From Nemertoderma westbladi (Eukaryota; Animalia; Xenacoelomorpha), in the NCBI GenBank assembly GCA_032718475.1, contig JAUCBJ010000116.1, positions 1-64,000 on the forward strand: a DNA stretch of 64,000 nucleotides, read 5' to 3'. The notes beneath the pieces were generated by a model, which made no database searches, was not told the origin of the DNA, and saw only the letters and a list, made by a program, of their open reading frames with translations. Position 1 is the first letter of the stretch. Every line of letters starts with the position of its first letter. Positions 1 to 10,686 of the stretch are shown here, one piece after another. The position numbers and the translations under genes were made by a program.

Positions 1-523
1 AGGGATCCCGATTTATCCGATGTGGTATTTAGTCCACGCGTCCCCGCCGTGTATAAGAGTGAAATAAAGATAACTGAGTTCTGAAGTTCGGTGTATAATA
101 ATAGGTTATAGGATATAGATATATTGTGAATTATACGGCAGGCGGGATACGGTAACTAAAGTCCCGTGATCCCCTAACTAAACTAATTGGCTGTACCCTA
201 CGCTAGCACTGCTGCACTGAGATAACTGAATCACTGATTAATAGGTTATTGGTTATATTGCACGGTGGCCTTACTGCTACTCAATCGATGCTATTCCCCC
301 CCTCTGATTGGTTAATACCCTTGTTGGCGCCCCGTGGAGTATTCCCGTTCACTCCACCTGTTCTCTCTGGGTTAGGGGTTTGGCCCCTGACCCTCTATTG
401 TGTGCTTCCTTCCCACTCTTATTGGGATGGCACGAGTTGGTTAATTGCCAAATCTCGTGGCTCCCAATATTGCTTATCGGCTTACAACTTTATGGGGTGT
501 TGGCGGGATTGAATAAGCTAACA
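1..523 (-). repeat. 3' LTR of element A (about 16 nt missing beyond the window start)
   Basis: Near-identical to 21316-21838; one substitution seen (gccaaatc vs gcccaatc). Confidence 0.95.
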
Positions 524-532
524 CTCCCCCCC
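524..532 (-). other. Polypurine tract of element A
   Basis: Minus strand reads GGGGGGGAG then TGTTAG; an 11-bp hairpin at 533-561 lies just upstream. Confidence 0.85.
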
Positions 533-1232
533 ATGCTATCTTCCCGGTAAGAAGATAGCATCAACCAAAAAGTGCGTTACAATCCCGCTGGATCCCGATC
601 TACTATCGGGTGTGGGGTGGAATTCTTTTCTCTCGGGGTCGGCTTTCCAGGCCGCCCCCTATGGGTATGATAATGCTACCCTGTGTGCCTGGCGTCTCAT
701 GTCGGGCCGATCGCGCTCACCTCCCACGCAACTTTTGTTTCCCCAACATTTTCGCCCCATCTCACCTTCACTCTCACCCTAACTCTCTCATACCCCCGGG
801 CCTCCTCGTCCCTTACTCAGCCTCTCATTCCCCCCCCCCCCCCACACTAGAATTGCGTTCGCACTCTCTCCGCACTTCGCACTCTTATTCCGATTCTCAA
901 CTCCACTTTGACTGTTTTATCTCTCCTGACGAACCTCCCCCCCCTCTCGTGCCGTCGCACTCAAGAAGCGTGAAATTGTCAGTTGTCTCGTCCATAGTGC
1001 CATAGTCAATTGTCCCCCAGTCCCAGTAGCTAATTGAGAAAGGTTGTATGACTATAGTACTTACTCCAAACGTATGTATTTTACTGCTAATCACTACGTA
1101 CGTACATACAAATTGCACTTATATGATTATTTGCATTAATTAAATTTATACTTAATAGTTCGTACGTTACATGCGGCGCCTTCCAGGCGCGCCACTTCCC
1201 AGTCTCAGTCTCATTCCCTCGTCTCCGGGAAC

Positions 1233-2924
1233 TTATCTGTTCCTCCTCACGTCCTCTTCCCTGGCCCGTTTCTTGGTTATCACCGCTCCTCTGGCATCAT
1301 CCGCTTTCTGCTTCCGGACCTTCGCTGCCACTTCCTTGCTGATCCCGGTCGTCGGCTCCTTGGGCGCTGGTGTTATTAATGCCCGATACCGCTTCGCCGG
1401 TGGCCCCTCAGAATGGCCTGGTTGTTTCCCTCGTGTGGCGTCCCATAGGATCATCTTCATTGCCTTTGGTACGTGTTCCGCCAAGAAATCCCTAAACTCC
1501 CTCCGGTTCTCTGGTGTCCACCTGTCCAGGTACCGTTGCGTGTTCATAACTCCGGCGAACGATGCCGCCGTTGCTACCTCTTGATAGGTAAACGGTAACC
1601 TTCGCTTTATGATTTCCATGTGGGTCTCCTGGTTTATGAGGAAGAAACCCCACTTGAACTCTTGGGCCTTCATGCGCTGGCGCGTCATGGCCCCGACGTC
1701 GGCCCACTCCTCGAACCTCGTGAACTTCTCCTCGTCGCTCATCCAGTCGCACTCGCGTCCGTAGTGCCCCCGAAAGTGGCACTTTGGACATCGGTTATGC
1801 AACCGTGGACACGCCCCCATCCTGTGACTTGGTTCTCTACAGTAGAGACAAAAGGTTCCCCGTTGGAACCGGTATAGGCAGCTGCTTTCCTGATGGGTCT
1901 GTCTCCCACAGTAGTCGCAGCCGAGTACCAATGTCTCCCGTCCCACCTCGTCCTTCGTCCCAAGCGATCTCCGCGGTCTATGGAGTCGCTGGTAGGCAAA
2001 CTTCTCCACGTTGCTCTCCCTGTTTACGTCGATCTCTCCGCCCCTCTCGGGCATCGTCTCCCCGAATACTATCCGTGGTGCCGTCCCCGGTTGCTCGCCC
2101 AACCTGATGGTGCTCCCCGCGAAATCCATCGCCGGCCCCTCGTGCACCCAGGTCCGCTTGCCGGATCTGTTCCAGAAGGCCCTCGCCCCACTGGCCGTCA
2201 CCACCCTTCCGCCAACCCAGTCCGTGTCCGAGTGGCCTATCCTTTCGATGGGCGGCATCTCTCCGAACTCGTCGTCGTCGTCCTCCTCTTCTGGTAGTGT
2301 CTCCAATCCCGGTATCCCGATGGATCCACTATGTCCCTTCCCGCCTTGGCTCTCGCCCGTAGCTCTCCATCCCTCTAGCTCCCTTAACTTCCTTGGCGGT
2401 TGGTCGCCCTCGGCGCCCGCTGGTATGGGCATCGCGTGCAACCCCGACGTCGACTGTTTCGGCGATCCCACCGTCCATCCCAATTCTCGCCCTAGAGACT
2501 CCCCCGAACTCCCCGACGAAGTCCAATGAGGTTCGTCTAGGCCCGCCTGTTCCTCGAAGCCATAACTCTGTGTCCTGGCCTCCTCTTCCCTCTCCTCTGC
2601 TTCTATCCTCTCCCGTCTAGCGACTTCTTCCAGTCGCTTTGCTTCCCGTCTATCCATCTCTAGCTGCTCCCATCTCTGATACGGTGTATCTGTCTCCCCA
2701 TCTACCAGATGTCGGCTGTTGTAGGACACCGACTCGCCCTTCAGCCCCGGGTGGTCTACCAGACCGTCAAAGGCCGTCTTAAAGGCTCTCCTGTAGCTTA
2801 GGGGTGATCCCGATAACAGAAATGCCCCTGGTTCCCTTTCGATAACTACGGTCATGAATAAGTTAAGCAAACTTATCATCATCCAGTCCTCCTGCAGGAT
2901 ATATCGCTTCTGATATACCTTTAT
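1233..2924 (-). CDS. C-terminal part of accessory ORF2 of element A: acidic linker, three CCHC zinc knuckles, basic tail
   Basis: CDYCGRQTHQESSC, CLYCREPSHRMGAC and CPKCHFRGHYGREC all fit C-x2-C-x4-H-x4-C; joins in frame at IKVYQKR to 11529-10687. Confidence 0.8.
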   Translation of the reverse strand: MKVYQKRYILQEDWMMISLLNLFMTVVIEREPGAFLLSGSPLSYRRAFKTAFDGLVDHPGLKGESVSYNSRHLVDGETDTPYQRWEQLEMDRREAKRLEEVARRERIEAEEREEEARTQSYGFEEQAGLDEPHWTSSGSSGESLGRELGWTVGSPKQSTSGLHAMPIPAGAEGDQPPRKLRELEGWRATGESQGGKGHSGSIGIPGLETLPEEEDDDDEFGEMPPIERIGHSDTDWVGGRVVTASGARAFWNRSGKRTWVHEGPAMDFAGSTIRLGEQPGTAPRIVFGETMPERGGEIDVNRESNVEKFAYQRLHRPRRSLGTKDEVGRETLVLGCDYCGRQTHQESSCLYRFQRGTFCLYCREPSHRMGACPRLHNRCPKCHFRGHYGRECDWMSDEEKFTRFEEWADVGAMTRQRMKAQEFKWGFFLINQETHMEIIKRRLPFTYQEVATAASFAGVMNTQRYLDRWTPENRREFRDFLAEHVPKAMKMILWDATRGKQPGHSEGPPAKRYRALITPAPKEPTTGISKEVAAKVRKQKADDARGAVITKKRAREEDVRRNR

Positions 2925-2927
2925 ATC

Positions 2928-3456
2928 TGTTAGCTTATCCAATTCCGCTAACACAAACCCATAGAGTGAGCCATAAAGCAATATTGGGAGCACGAGGTTG
3001 ATTACCAATCAACCTCGTGTCAGCCCAGTAAACGGGGACAATAGGCCCCAAAGGAGACACACACAATAGGGGTCAGGGGCCAAACCCCTAACCGAGAGAG
3101 AACACAGGGAGTGAAGGGAAACACTCCAAAGGGTGCCAACAGGGATATCAACCAATCAGAGGGGGGAAAGGCATCGATTGAGTAGCAATAAGGCCACCGT
3201 GCAATATAACCAGTAACCTGTAATCATTCATTCAGTTTACTCAGTCAGATCAGTAGGGTGGAACGGGGACTTCTGTCACCGTCCGCTACCGCCATTATAT
3301 ATTACCTGTTGTGTCATACTATACTATATCAACTATCAGACTATTATACCTTTATACATATTACCCAACATCAGAACTCTTTTACCTTTCACACACGGCG
3401 GGGACGCGTGGATAGAAAACCCAACGGATAAACCGGGATCCGTAGATCCCGTCACA
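2928..3456 (+). repeat. 5' LTR of element B (TG...CA, 529 bp)
   Basis: Diverged homolog of LTR A: TATA-like AATATAA near 3203, Inr-like TCAGTT near 3232, shared end GATCCCGTCACA. The end is inferred from A/B homology. Confidence 0.8.
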
Positions 3457-3465
3457 GTGACAGAA
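3457..3465 (+). other. Non-tRNA primer-binding site of B (GTGACAGAA)
   Basis: Exact reverse complement of TTCTGTCAC at 3271-3279 in the same LTR. Confidence 0.7.
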
Positions 3466-3585
3466 CTAGATCCGCCCAGCTGCCCTGACAGAGATAGAAT
3501 CCTAGCAGCTGCCCTAACAGTCTGACAGTGATAGAACTAGATCTAACCAACTGACAGACTGTGGCTGCCAGCTACCAAAGGCGAG

Positions 3586-6500
3586 ATGAGTCGAGAGAGA
3601 GGAACGACACCGCCGCGGACCCCGGACGACGATCTAACGATCCGCGAGGCCACGGCGAGACGATACGAACCCACGACGCCGGTCGATGCTACGCCGACCA
3701 CGTCGACGCCGGTTGACGCCACGTCGATAACGAGCAACCCGGCGAACCAAGATGTGGGGGGTCGTCTACGAGGAGAGAGCGAGTCGAGTAGAGGAGAGAG
3801 TGAGACGGGAGAGGAGAAAGACGAGTCGACGCGGAGCGAGGGTCGACATACCGATGTCACCGGCCAGCCACAGGCCGAGGGCGACGAGACGGCCCACCGG
3901 AACGGCAACGGTGGGGCCGCCGGTACGACGTCGGACCCGGAGAGATGGAGGGGAGGTCGGCGACGAGGATGTCGGGGTTTCTGATCGACTTCGACGAGCC
4001 TACGCCGCGACCCGGGAACAACTGAAGGAAGCTAGAGGAGGGGCTGAGATAGACCAGGTGAAGTTGAGGAGACGACTAGGTGAGTCGAACAGATACTTTG
4101 ATTACCTAGTGCGTTCTGGGCAGGGAGAACTGGCCGAGGAGAGAGCGAGAGGGGTTGCCTTCGAACTGTTTGGGCTATGGGAACGTAGGGGTATGGGGCC
4201 TGGTGTAGTGTACATAGGGCCATACTTAGTCGATGCCAGGGAAGTTAAGTTAGTGGGTTGGGCGGGACCGCACGAGGGCGAATCCGAGGTTAGCTCCGAG
4301 GATTCGGTCTCGTCGGTCAGCGAGGACCCCGGAAAGCGGGGGAAAGTTGAGTAGGACGGAGGGGCGGCGGGAGTCCGTCGCAACCGATAAGTCTGCTACA
4401 TCCTCCGCAAAAGAAAGACGGGTGCGAGAGAGTGAACGCATGGCATATAAATTAAAAATGGAAGAATTAGAGTGGCGACTGAGGGGAAGGAAGGAGCAAG
4501 AGAGTGAACGCGAAGAGCGTGAGGCAAGAGAACAGAGCGTGCGGTACACGTACAGTACGTACAGCAACCGTACGGGCGAGGGGGGTAGTAGTAGTGCGTT
4601 AGGAAATATTGGTATTAATAGTACCGTAGTAAATAACCCTAATCCCTTTATTACAGGAAATATTTTACCCGGTAGTAGTAATTTAAGTTTAAATTCAAAT
4701 AATAATATTAATTCAAATATTCAGAATAATCAAAATAATTCAAATAATTCGAATAGCAATTTAAATTTTGAAAATAATAATAATTCTAACTTAAATAATT
4801 TAAATAATAATCCCGTTTCAAATTCTAATAATTTAATTGATTTAACAAATAATATTGGGAATGGTGCTATTAATATGAACGTGTCAGACGTGTATAGCCC
4901 GGCAGACGGCGGCCTGGTAGGCCACGTAGTTAGTAGGCAGGAAGTGGCGGGGTTGCGCCAACCCGACGGCGGCCTGGTAGGCCACGTAGTTGGTAGGCAG
5001 GAGGTAGCGGGGTTGAGCCAACCCGAGGTGGGCCTGGTAGGCCTCGCAGTAGTAGAGAGAGAGGCGGGGGTGAATAGACCCAGCCGTAGTAGAGATAGTG
5101 TGTCGACTAGAGAGGGGTGTAGAGACGAAGTAAGAGATATTGAAGTTAGAAGTAGCGGGTGGGGGGGGGCTACGGGCACCCCACCGCGAGAGATTAGTAG
5201 CGAGAGAGGGGGGGCAGAGAGTGTCCCACAGGCGTCAGCGGATAATGCGCGGGCCGAATTAGGTAAACCGCAACACCCGGCGACGGAGAGTAATAGGGGG
5301 ATTGCGAGTATCCCCAGCGGCGTGCGATCGAGCAGAGAGAGACAGGTTGACGTCGCGAGAGGGCGGGCGACGGAACGTCGAGCCCAGTCAGAAGAGAGAA
5401 GATTAGTAGAGTTTAATAGAGAGGTCGAAGATAGGAGAAGATTAGTAGAGTATAATAGAGAGGTCGAAGATAGAAGAAGATTAGCAGAGTTTAACCGAGA
5501 GGTCGAAGAGAGAAGAAAGGAAGATAATAGAAGAGTCGTTGCTAGGAGCAACCGGAGAGCGAGGACGGATAGCGAGCCGTCGATAGTAGAGATGGAGTTA
5601 GGGAGTCAGTGGGGTCGAACTTCGGGAGATTGCCGTCGCCCCGGAGAAACGCACCGCACGCCAAGAGAGGGGTACAGGATGTACCGATACGAAGACGAGA
5701 GCAGGATAGGGGATCGAAGGGAAGCTTCCCGACGTGATATAGCTGCCGATCGAGAGTACGGTAGTCGCGGGGAGATTCGAGATTCGAGAAGAATAAACTT
5801 CGATTCGGAAGGGCACATGCAGACTGCAGGACATACTGTAGGCCTTACTGCACATACTATTATAGGCCATGCTGGGAGAGATAGAGTAGGCGATAGGGTA
5901 GCGCGGACGACGGGATTAAACCCGGAAGTCGCGGAGTACATACCGGTAGGTAGGCAAGAAGTGAATAGGCCTATATCGGTACCGGTACAGCAGCATGACT
6001 ATAATTTCCAGGGACACAACATATATCCAGGGGAGGGGAGAGTTATTGTAGATAGATGTATGGGCCCCAATATATTAACATCAACCCCAGTACCAAACAT
6101 ACCGGTGGGGGGGGGACAGGGTGACATTCCCCCATCACAATATCAACAATATACCCCAATAGGAGCGAGAACATCGAACCCCTTGGACGAGAACAGATCA
6201 TGCGACACGGAAATATGGAGGGGGCCGTTACCCCCAATGATATATCCGACGCAACAAATAAAATCAACAACAGATAGGACGGACGGACCGCACCCAACAG
6301 GAGAAACTATACAACATCCATCGAACCCATTAGAAGCGCAAGCGATGGGAATGGCCACATTGATCGATGCGTTAAAAACTAGGATCGAGTTACCACCTGT
6401 GGAACCATTTAAATTCGATGGGAGTAGGCCGGAAGAATATCTACAGTTTCGGCGCATGTATAGTAACGAAATATTAAGTAAGAACTTGACGCAGGCGGAG

Positions 6501-8414
6501 TGCCTAAAATATCTGCAAGTATATACAGGAGGCCCAGCATACGACATCGTGAGGCAATACCAGGGCATCGAGGGCGGCTTCACGACAGCATGGCGGGCGT
6601 TAGATAGGGAGTACGGGCACCCAGCCAAGATCATCCGGCAAACCCTGAGAGGCATAACATCGGATGGCCTACAGGACAATCCCGTTAGCATAAGGACCTT
6701 TGCGAACAAGGTCGAGAAGGCGTTAATCGTGTTAAAGACGCTAGACGCACCATACGAACTCAACGCGTCTAACAACATCACCACGATAGCGCAGGCACTG
6801 CCGATCTGGTTACGAAGGAAGTGGAGGAAAATCGCTTTCTCCACACGGGAAGAGAAGGGTGTGGAACCGGGCCTAGAAGAGATGTCGAGCTTCTTGAACT
6901 ATGAAGCCGAACTAATAACAGACCCAGTCTATAGCGAGGATAGTTTGGGGAAGGCACCTAAGACCGAATACAACTGGCCTGAACCCGAATATAATCCGAC
7001 AGACCCATTCTCGGGAGTGGGACAATCACTACCACATGCGGCCACACAGGGGACTGCTAGTCCACAGTTAGCTGGTAGCAGGGCCACACCGTGGCGGGGA
7101 CAGAAAGAAAATAACACCATAAATAAACATAATCCCAATGTACCCAGTAGGCCGAATACAGACAACCAAAACACTAAATCGGTACATATAAACCTACGCG
7201 CGATACGTGAGGGACTATACAGGGAACGCTATGATCCAGGATTCGAATGTCAATTACATCGGGATGGAACACATAAGACCAGGAGTTGTAAGCACTGGCA
7301 AGCGTTGCCCAAACAAGATCGTATAGCCTACACAGACGCGAACGGACTATGTCATCGATGTGTGGTAGAAGGACACAGGTCCGGAGAGTGTAGAGAGACA
7401 GCAGTTAGAGAGTCCGAGACTGGAGGCCAGGCAATGGCCACAAGCACGACAGAAGAGGAGAAGAAGAGAAAAGTACTACTCGGGGTAGTACCAGTAAAGA
7501 TATCAGGAGAGGGCGGTCGATCAGTAACGACATTAATGCTGGTCGACAGCGGAGCAGCCTTCACGCTGGTGGAGAACTGGGTGGCCGAAGAGATAGGGCT
7601 AAAGACAAGGCCGAATAGAATGGCGGTGACTACCGTCTCGAGTAAAGATGAGGTCCTGGAGACGAGGGCGGGGCGGTGCAGGATAGCAGCGATTGCACCG
7701 GGATGCGACTATGGGGCGACGATCGACCCCATCCACGTCATCGAATCGATAAACATCAACGCCAGGCGACCAACCAACATTGAGGTCGAGCAGTATAGAT
7801 TCCTGGACGGTATCGATTTCTCAATACCAAAGGTGGACGTTAGGAAGGTGTCCATTATAGTAGGGATGGACTGCCCGACGGCCCACGAGAGAACGAAGAC
7901 GGTCTTCGGCGAAGACAGGCAGCGGGACCCGACGGCGATCCTCACGCCGTTCGGATGGACGCTTAGCGGCCCAGTTAAAACTAAGATCCCATGCAGTGTG
8001 ACAGAGACATCAGGGTGCATGTTACCAGGCACCGCAGACATAGAGGACGAAGATAAGAAGCCGGAGGAGATAGTAGAGCCAGATAGGGAGGTGACAGTAA
8101 GAAAGTGGGCAGAGGAGAGTAGGTTTCCCAGCAAGCATCGGTATGGAGATGAAGCGGAGCGGACGGCGAGGTGTCCGGAGGACAACACTCCAGAGGAGTG
8201 TCTGGAGGAGTGTCTGAGGAGTGTCAGAGGAGTGTCCGGAAGAGATGCCGGTCCGGTTTGGAGGCATACCGACAAGGGGGAAGTCGAGAAGGAAGGCAGG
8301 ATGGAAAGGAATAGGACTACTGTTCTGCCTGTTCTTTCACTTTCTATTCATTCTGCCGGCGGGAGACAACAAAGAAAGAGATGGCATTTTGATGCCAAGA
8401 GAGGACATAGTTAA
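3586..8414 (+). pseudogene. gag: gag-protease of B (two +1 insertions near 3888 and 4349; open 1355-aa frame 4347-8414; RT/RH/IN deleted)
   Basis: LPPVEPFKFDG BEL gag domain, zinc knuckles, protease LVDSGA; colinear with A until GCMLPG. Confidence 0.85.
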
Positions 8415-8749
8415 GAAGGCGGTGGAGAGACCCGATTTTGGGGTGGTAAAGGGGGAGAGCCAATTCCAGATGAGTTGGAGTTGGCGAGGAAAGTGGGTGG
8501 AAAGATAAGAGGACGCGCAGGGGGACAGCGGGACAGTGCCTCATGGAAGAATCGATGGAAGATCGAGGGGCAGCTTAGAGTTTAGTCGTCCAATATTTGG
8601 ACTGAGGGGGGTGGGAATGAGGGCGAGACGCCCTTCCCACAAGAAATTAATTATTTAATTAAAAATAAAAATAAATAATAATAAATAATTAAATAATTAA
8701 AATAATAGTTAGTAGAAGTAAGAGGTAGTTCGAAGATAGGAGAGTAGAG

Positions 8750-9480
8750 ATAGAAGGCGGCGGGGCAAGGGAGTGTGGCATATTGTCATGCCACGAGTAG
8801 TAGTAGTGGGGTTGTGGGCACCGTAAGCGCCACGTAGAAGGAGAGTAGGTTAGAAGGCGGCGGGGTAAGGGAGTCTGGCATATTGTCATGCCACGAGTAG
8901 TAGTAGGGGGGTCGTGGGCACCGGAAGCGCCACGTAGAAAGTAGTAGGAGAGAGTGGTTGTGGGCACCGGAAGCGCCACGTAGAAAGTAGTAGGAGAGAG
9001 TGGTTGTGGGCACCGCAAGCGCCACGTAGATAGAGGTATTAGTTGAGGTGGAGATGTAGATAGAATGTTAGAGGTAGTAGAGAGGGCACATAGGGTGCCA
9101 GAGAGTAGAGTAGTAGAGAGGGCACATAGGGTGCCAGGTAGTAGAGTTAGAGTGTTAGAGGTAGTAGAGAGGGCACATAGGGTGCCAGAGTAGTAGAGAG
9201 GGCACATAGGGTGCCAGGTAGTAGAGTAGTAGAGGGTAGAGAGTAGAGTGGTTGTGGGCACCACAAGCGCCACGTAGATAGAGGGTTTTAGTTAAAGTAG
9301 TAGTAGAGTGGTTGTGGGCACCGTTAGCGCCACGTAGATGGAGGTAGAGTTAGTAAGAGGGTACATAGTACCAGTTGTGGTTGTGGGCACCGTTAGCGCC
9401 ACGTAGATGGAGAAAAGAGTTAGTAAGAGGGTATGTAGTACCGGTTGTGGTTGTGGGCACCGTTAGCGCCACGTAGATAG
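8750..9480 (+). repeat. Tandem array of short hairpin-containing units in B
   Basis: Repeated GTGGTTGTGGGCACCGnnAGCGCCACGTAG and GGCACATAGGGTGCC with GTAGAG-rich spacers. Confidence 0.9.
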
Positions 9481-9504
9481 AGTTAGCAGAAAGTTAGAGG
9501 GTTT

Positions 9505-10686
9505 TCCCGCCTGCCGTATAATTCACAATATATCTATATCCTATAACCTATTATTATACACCGAACTTCAGAACTCAGTTATCTTTATTTCACTCTTATA
9601 CACGGCGGGGACGCGTGGACTAAATACCACATCGGATAAACCGAAGAAGGAGAAGTTTGCCTACCAGCGACTCCATAGACCGCGGAGATCGCTTGGGACG
9701 AAGGACGAGGTGGGACGGGAGACATTGGTACTCGGCTGCGACTACTGTGGGAGACAGACCCATCAGGAAAGCAGCTGCCTATACCGGTTCCAACGGGGAA
9801 CCTTTTGTCTCTACTGTAGAGAACCAAGTCACAGGATGGGGGCGTGTCCACGGTTGCATAACCGATGTCCAAAGTGCCACTTTCGGGGGCACTACGGACG
9901 CGAGTGCGACTGGATGAGCGACGAGGAGAAGTTCCAGAAGGCCCTCGCCCCACTGGCCGTCACCACCCTTCCGCCAACCCAGTCCGTGTCCGAGTGGCCT
10001 ATCCTTTCGATGGGCGGCATCTCTCCGAACTCGTCGTCGTCGTCCTCCTCTTCTGGTAGTGTCTCCAATCCCGGTATCCCGATGGATCCACTATGTCCCT
10101 TCCCGCCTTGGCTCTCGCCCGTAGCTCTCCATCCCTCTAGCTCCCTTAACTTCCTTGGCGGTTGGTCGCCCTCGGCGCCCGCTGGTATGGGCATCGCGTG
10201 CAACCCCGACGTCGACTGTTTCGGCGATCCCACCGTCCATCCCAATTCTCGCCCTAGAGACTCCCCCGAACTCCCCGACGAAGTCCAATGAAGTTCGTCT
10301 AGGCCCGCCTGTTCCTCGAAGCCATAACTCTGTGTCCTGGCCTCCTCTTCCCTCTCCTCTGCTTCTATCCTCTCCCGTCTAGCGACTTCTTCCAGTCGCT
10401 TTGCTTCCCGTCTATCCATCTCTAGCTGCTCCCATCTCTGATACGGTGTATCTGTCTCCCCATCTACCAGATGTCGGCTGTTGTAGTACACCGACTCGCC
10501 CTTCAGCCCCGGGTGGTCTACCAGACCGTCAAAGGCCGTCTTAAAGGCTCTCCTGTAGCTTAGGGGTGATCCCGATAACAGAAATGCCCCTGGTTCCCTT
10601 TCGATAACTACGGTCATGAATAAGTTAAGCAAACTTATCATCATCCAGTCCTCCTGCAGGATATATCGCTTCTGATATACCTTTAT
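9505..10686. other. Templated patchwork: inverted LTR-A piece (9505-9640 = rc of 12-147), inverted ORF2 piece (9649-9934 = rc of 1722-2007), direct duplicate (9931-10686 = 2169-2924)
   Basis: Direct sequence comparison; GTTC microhomology at 9931-9934; two amino-acid-changing substitutions seen between the 756-bp copies. Confidence 0.9.

Larger units (their letters stand above)
2928..9504 (+). mobile_element. BEL/Pao element B, a relative of A; pol internally deleted, no 3' LTR
   Basis: LTR starts TGTTAGCTTAT at 2928; gag and protease highly similar to A; only scraps of later pol remain (about 8300-8560); same post-pol hairpin as A. Confidence 0.9.

Noticed and set aside
249-550. Short ORFs in LTRs, repeats and antisense to pol
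   Set aside because: Shadow frames repeated only because the DNA is repeated; no protein motifs.
2925-3008. Hydrophobic N-terminus of ORF 1233-3008 resembling an Env signal peptide
   Set aside because: It is the antisense reading of LTR B; the true N-terminus is at 11529.
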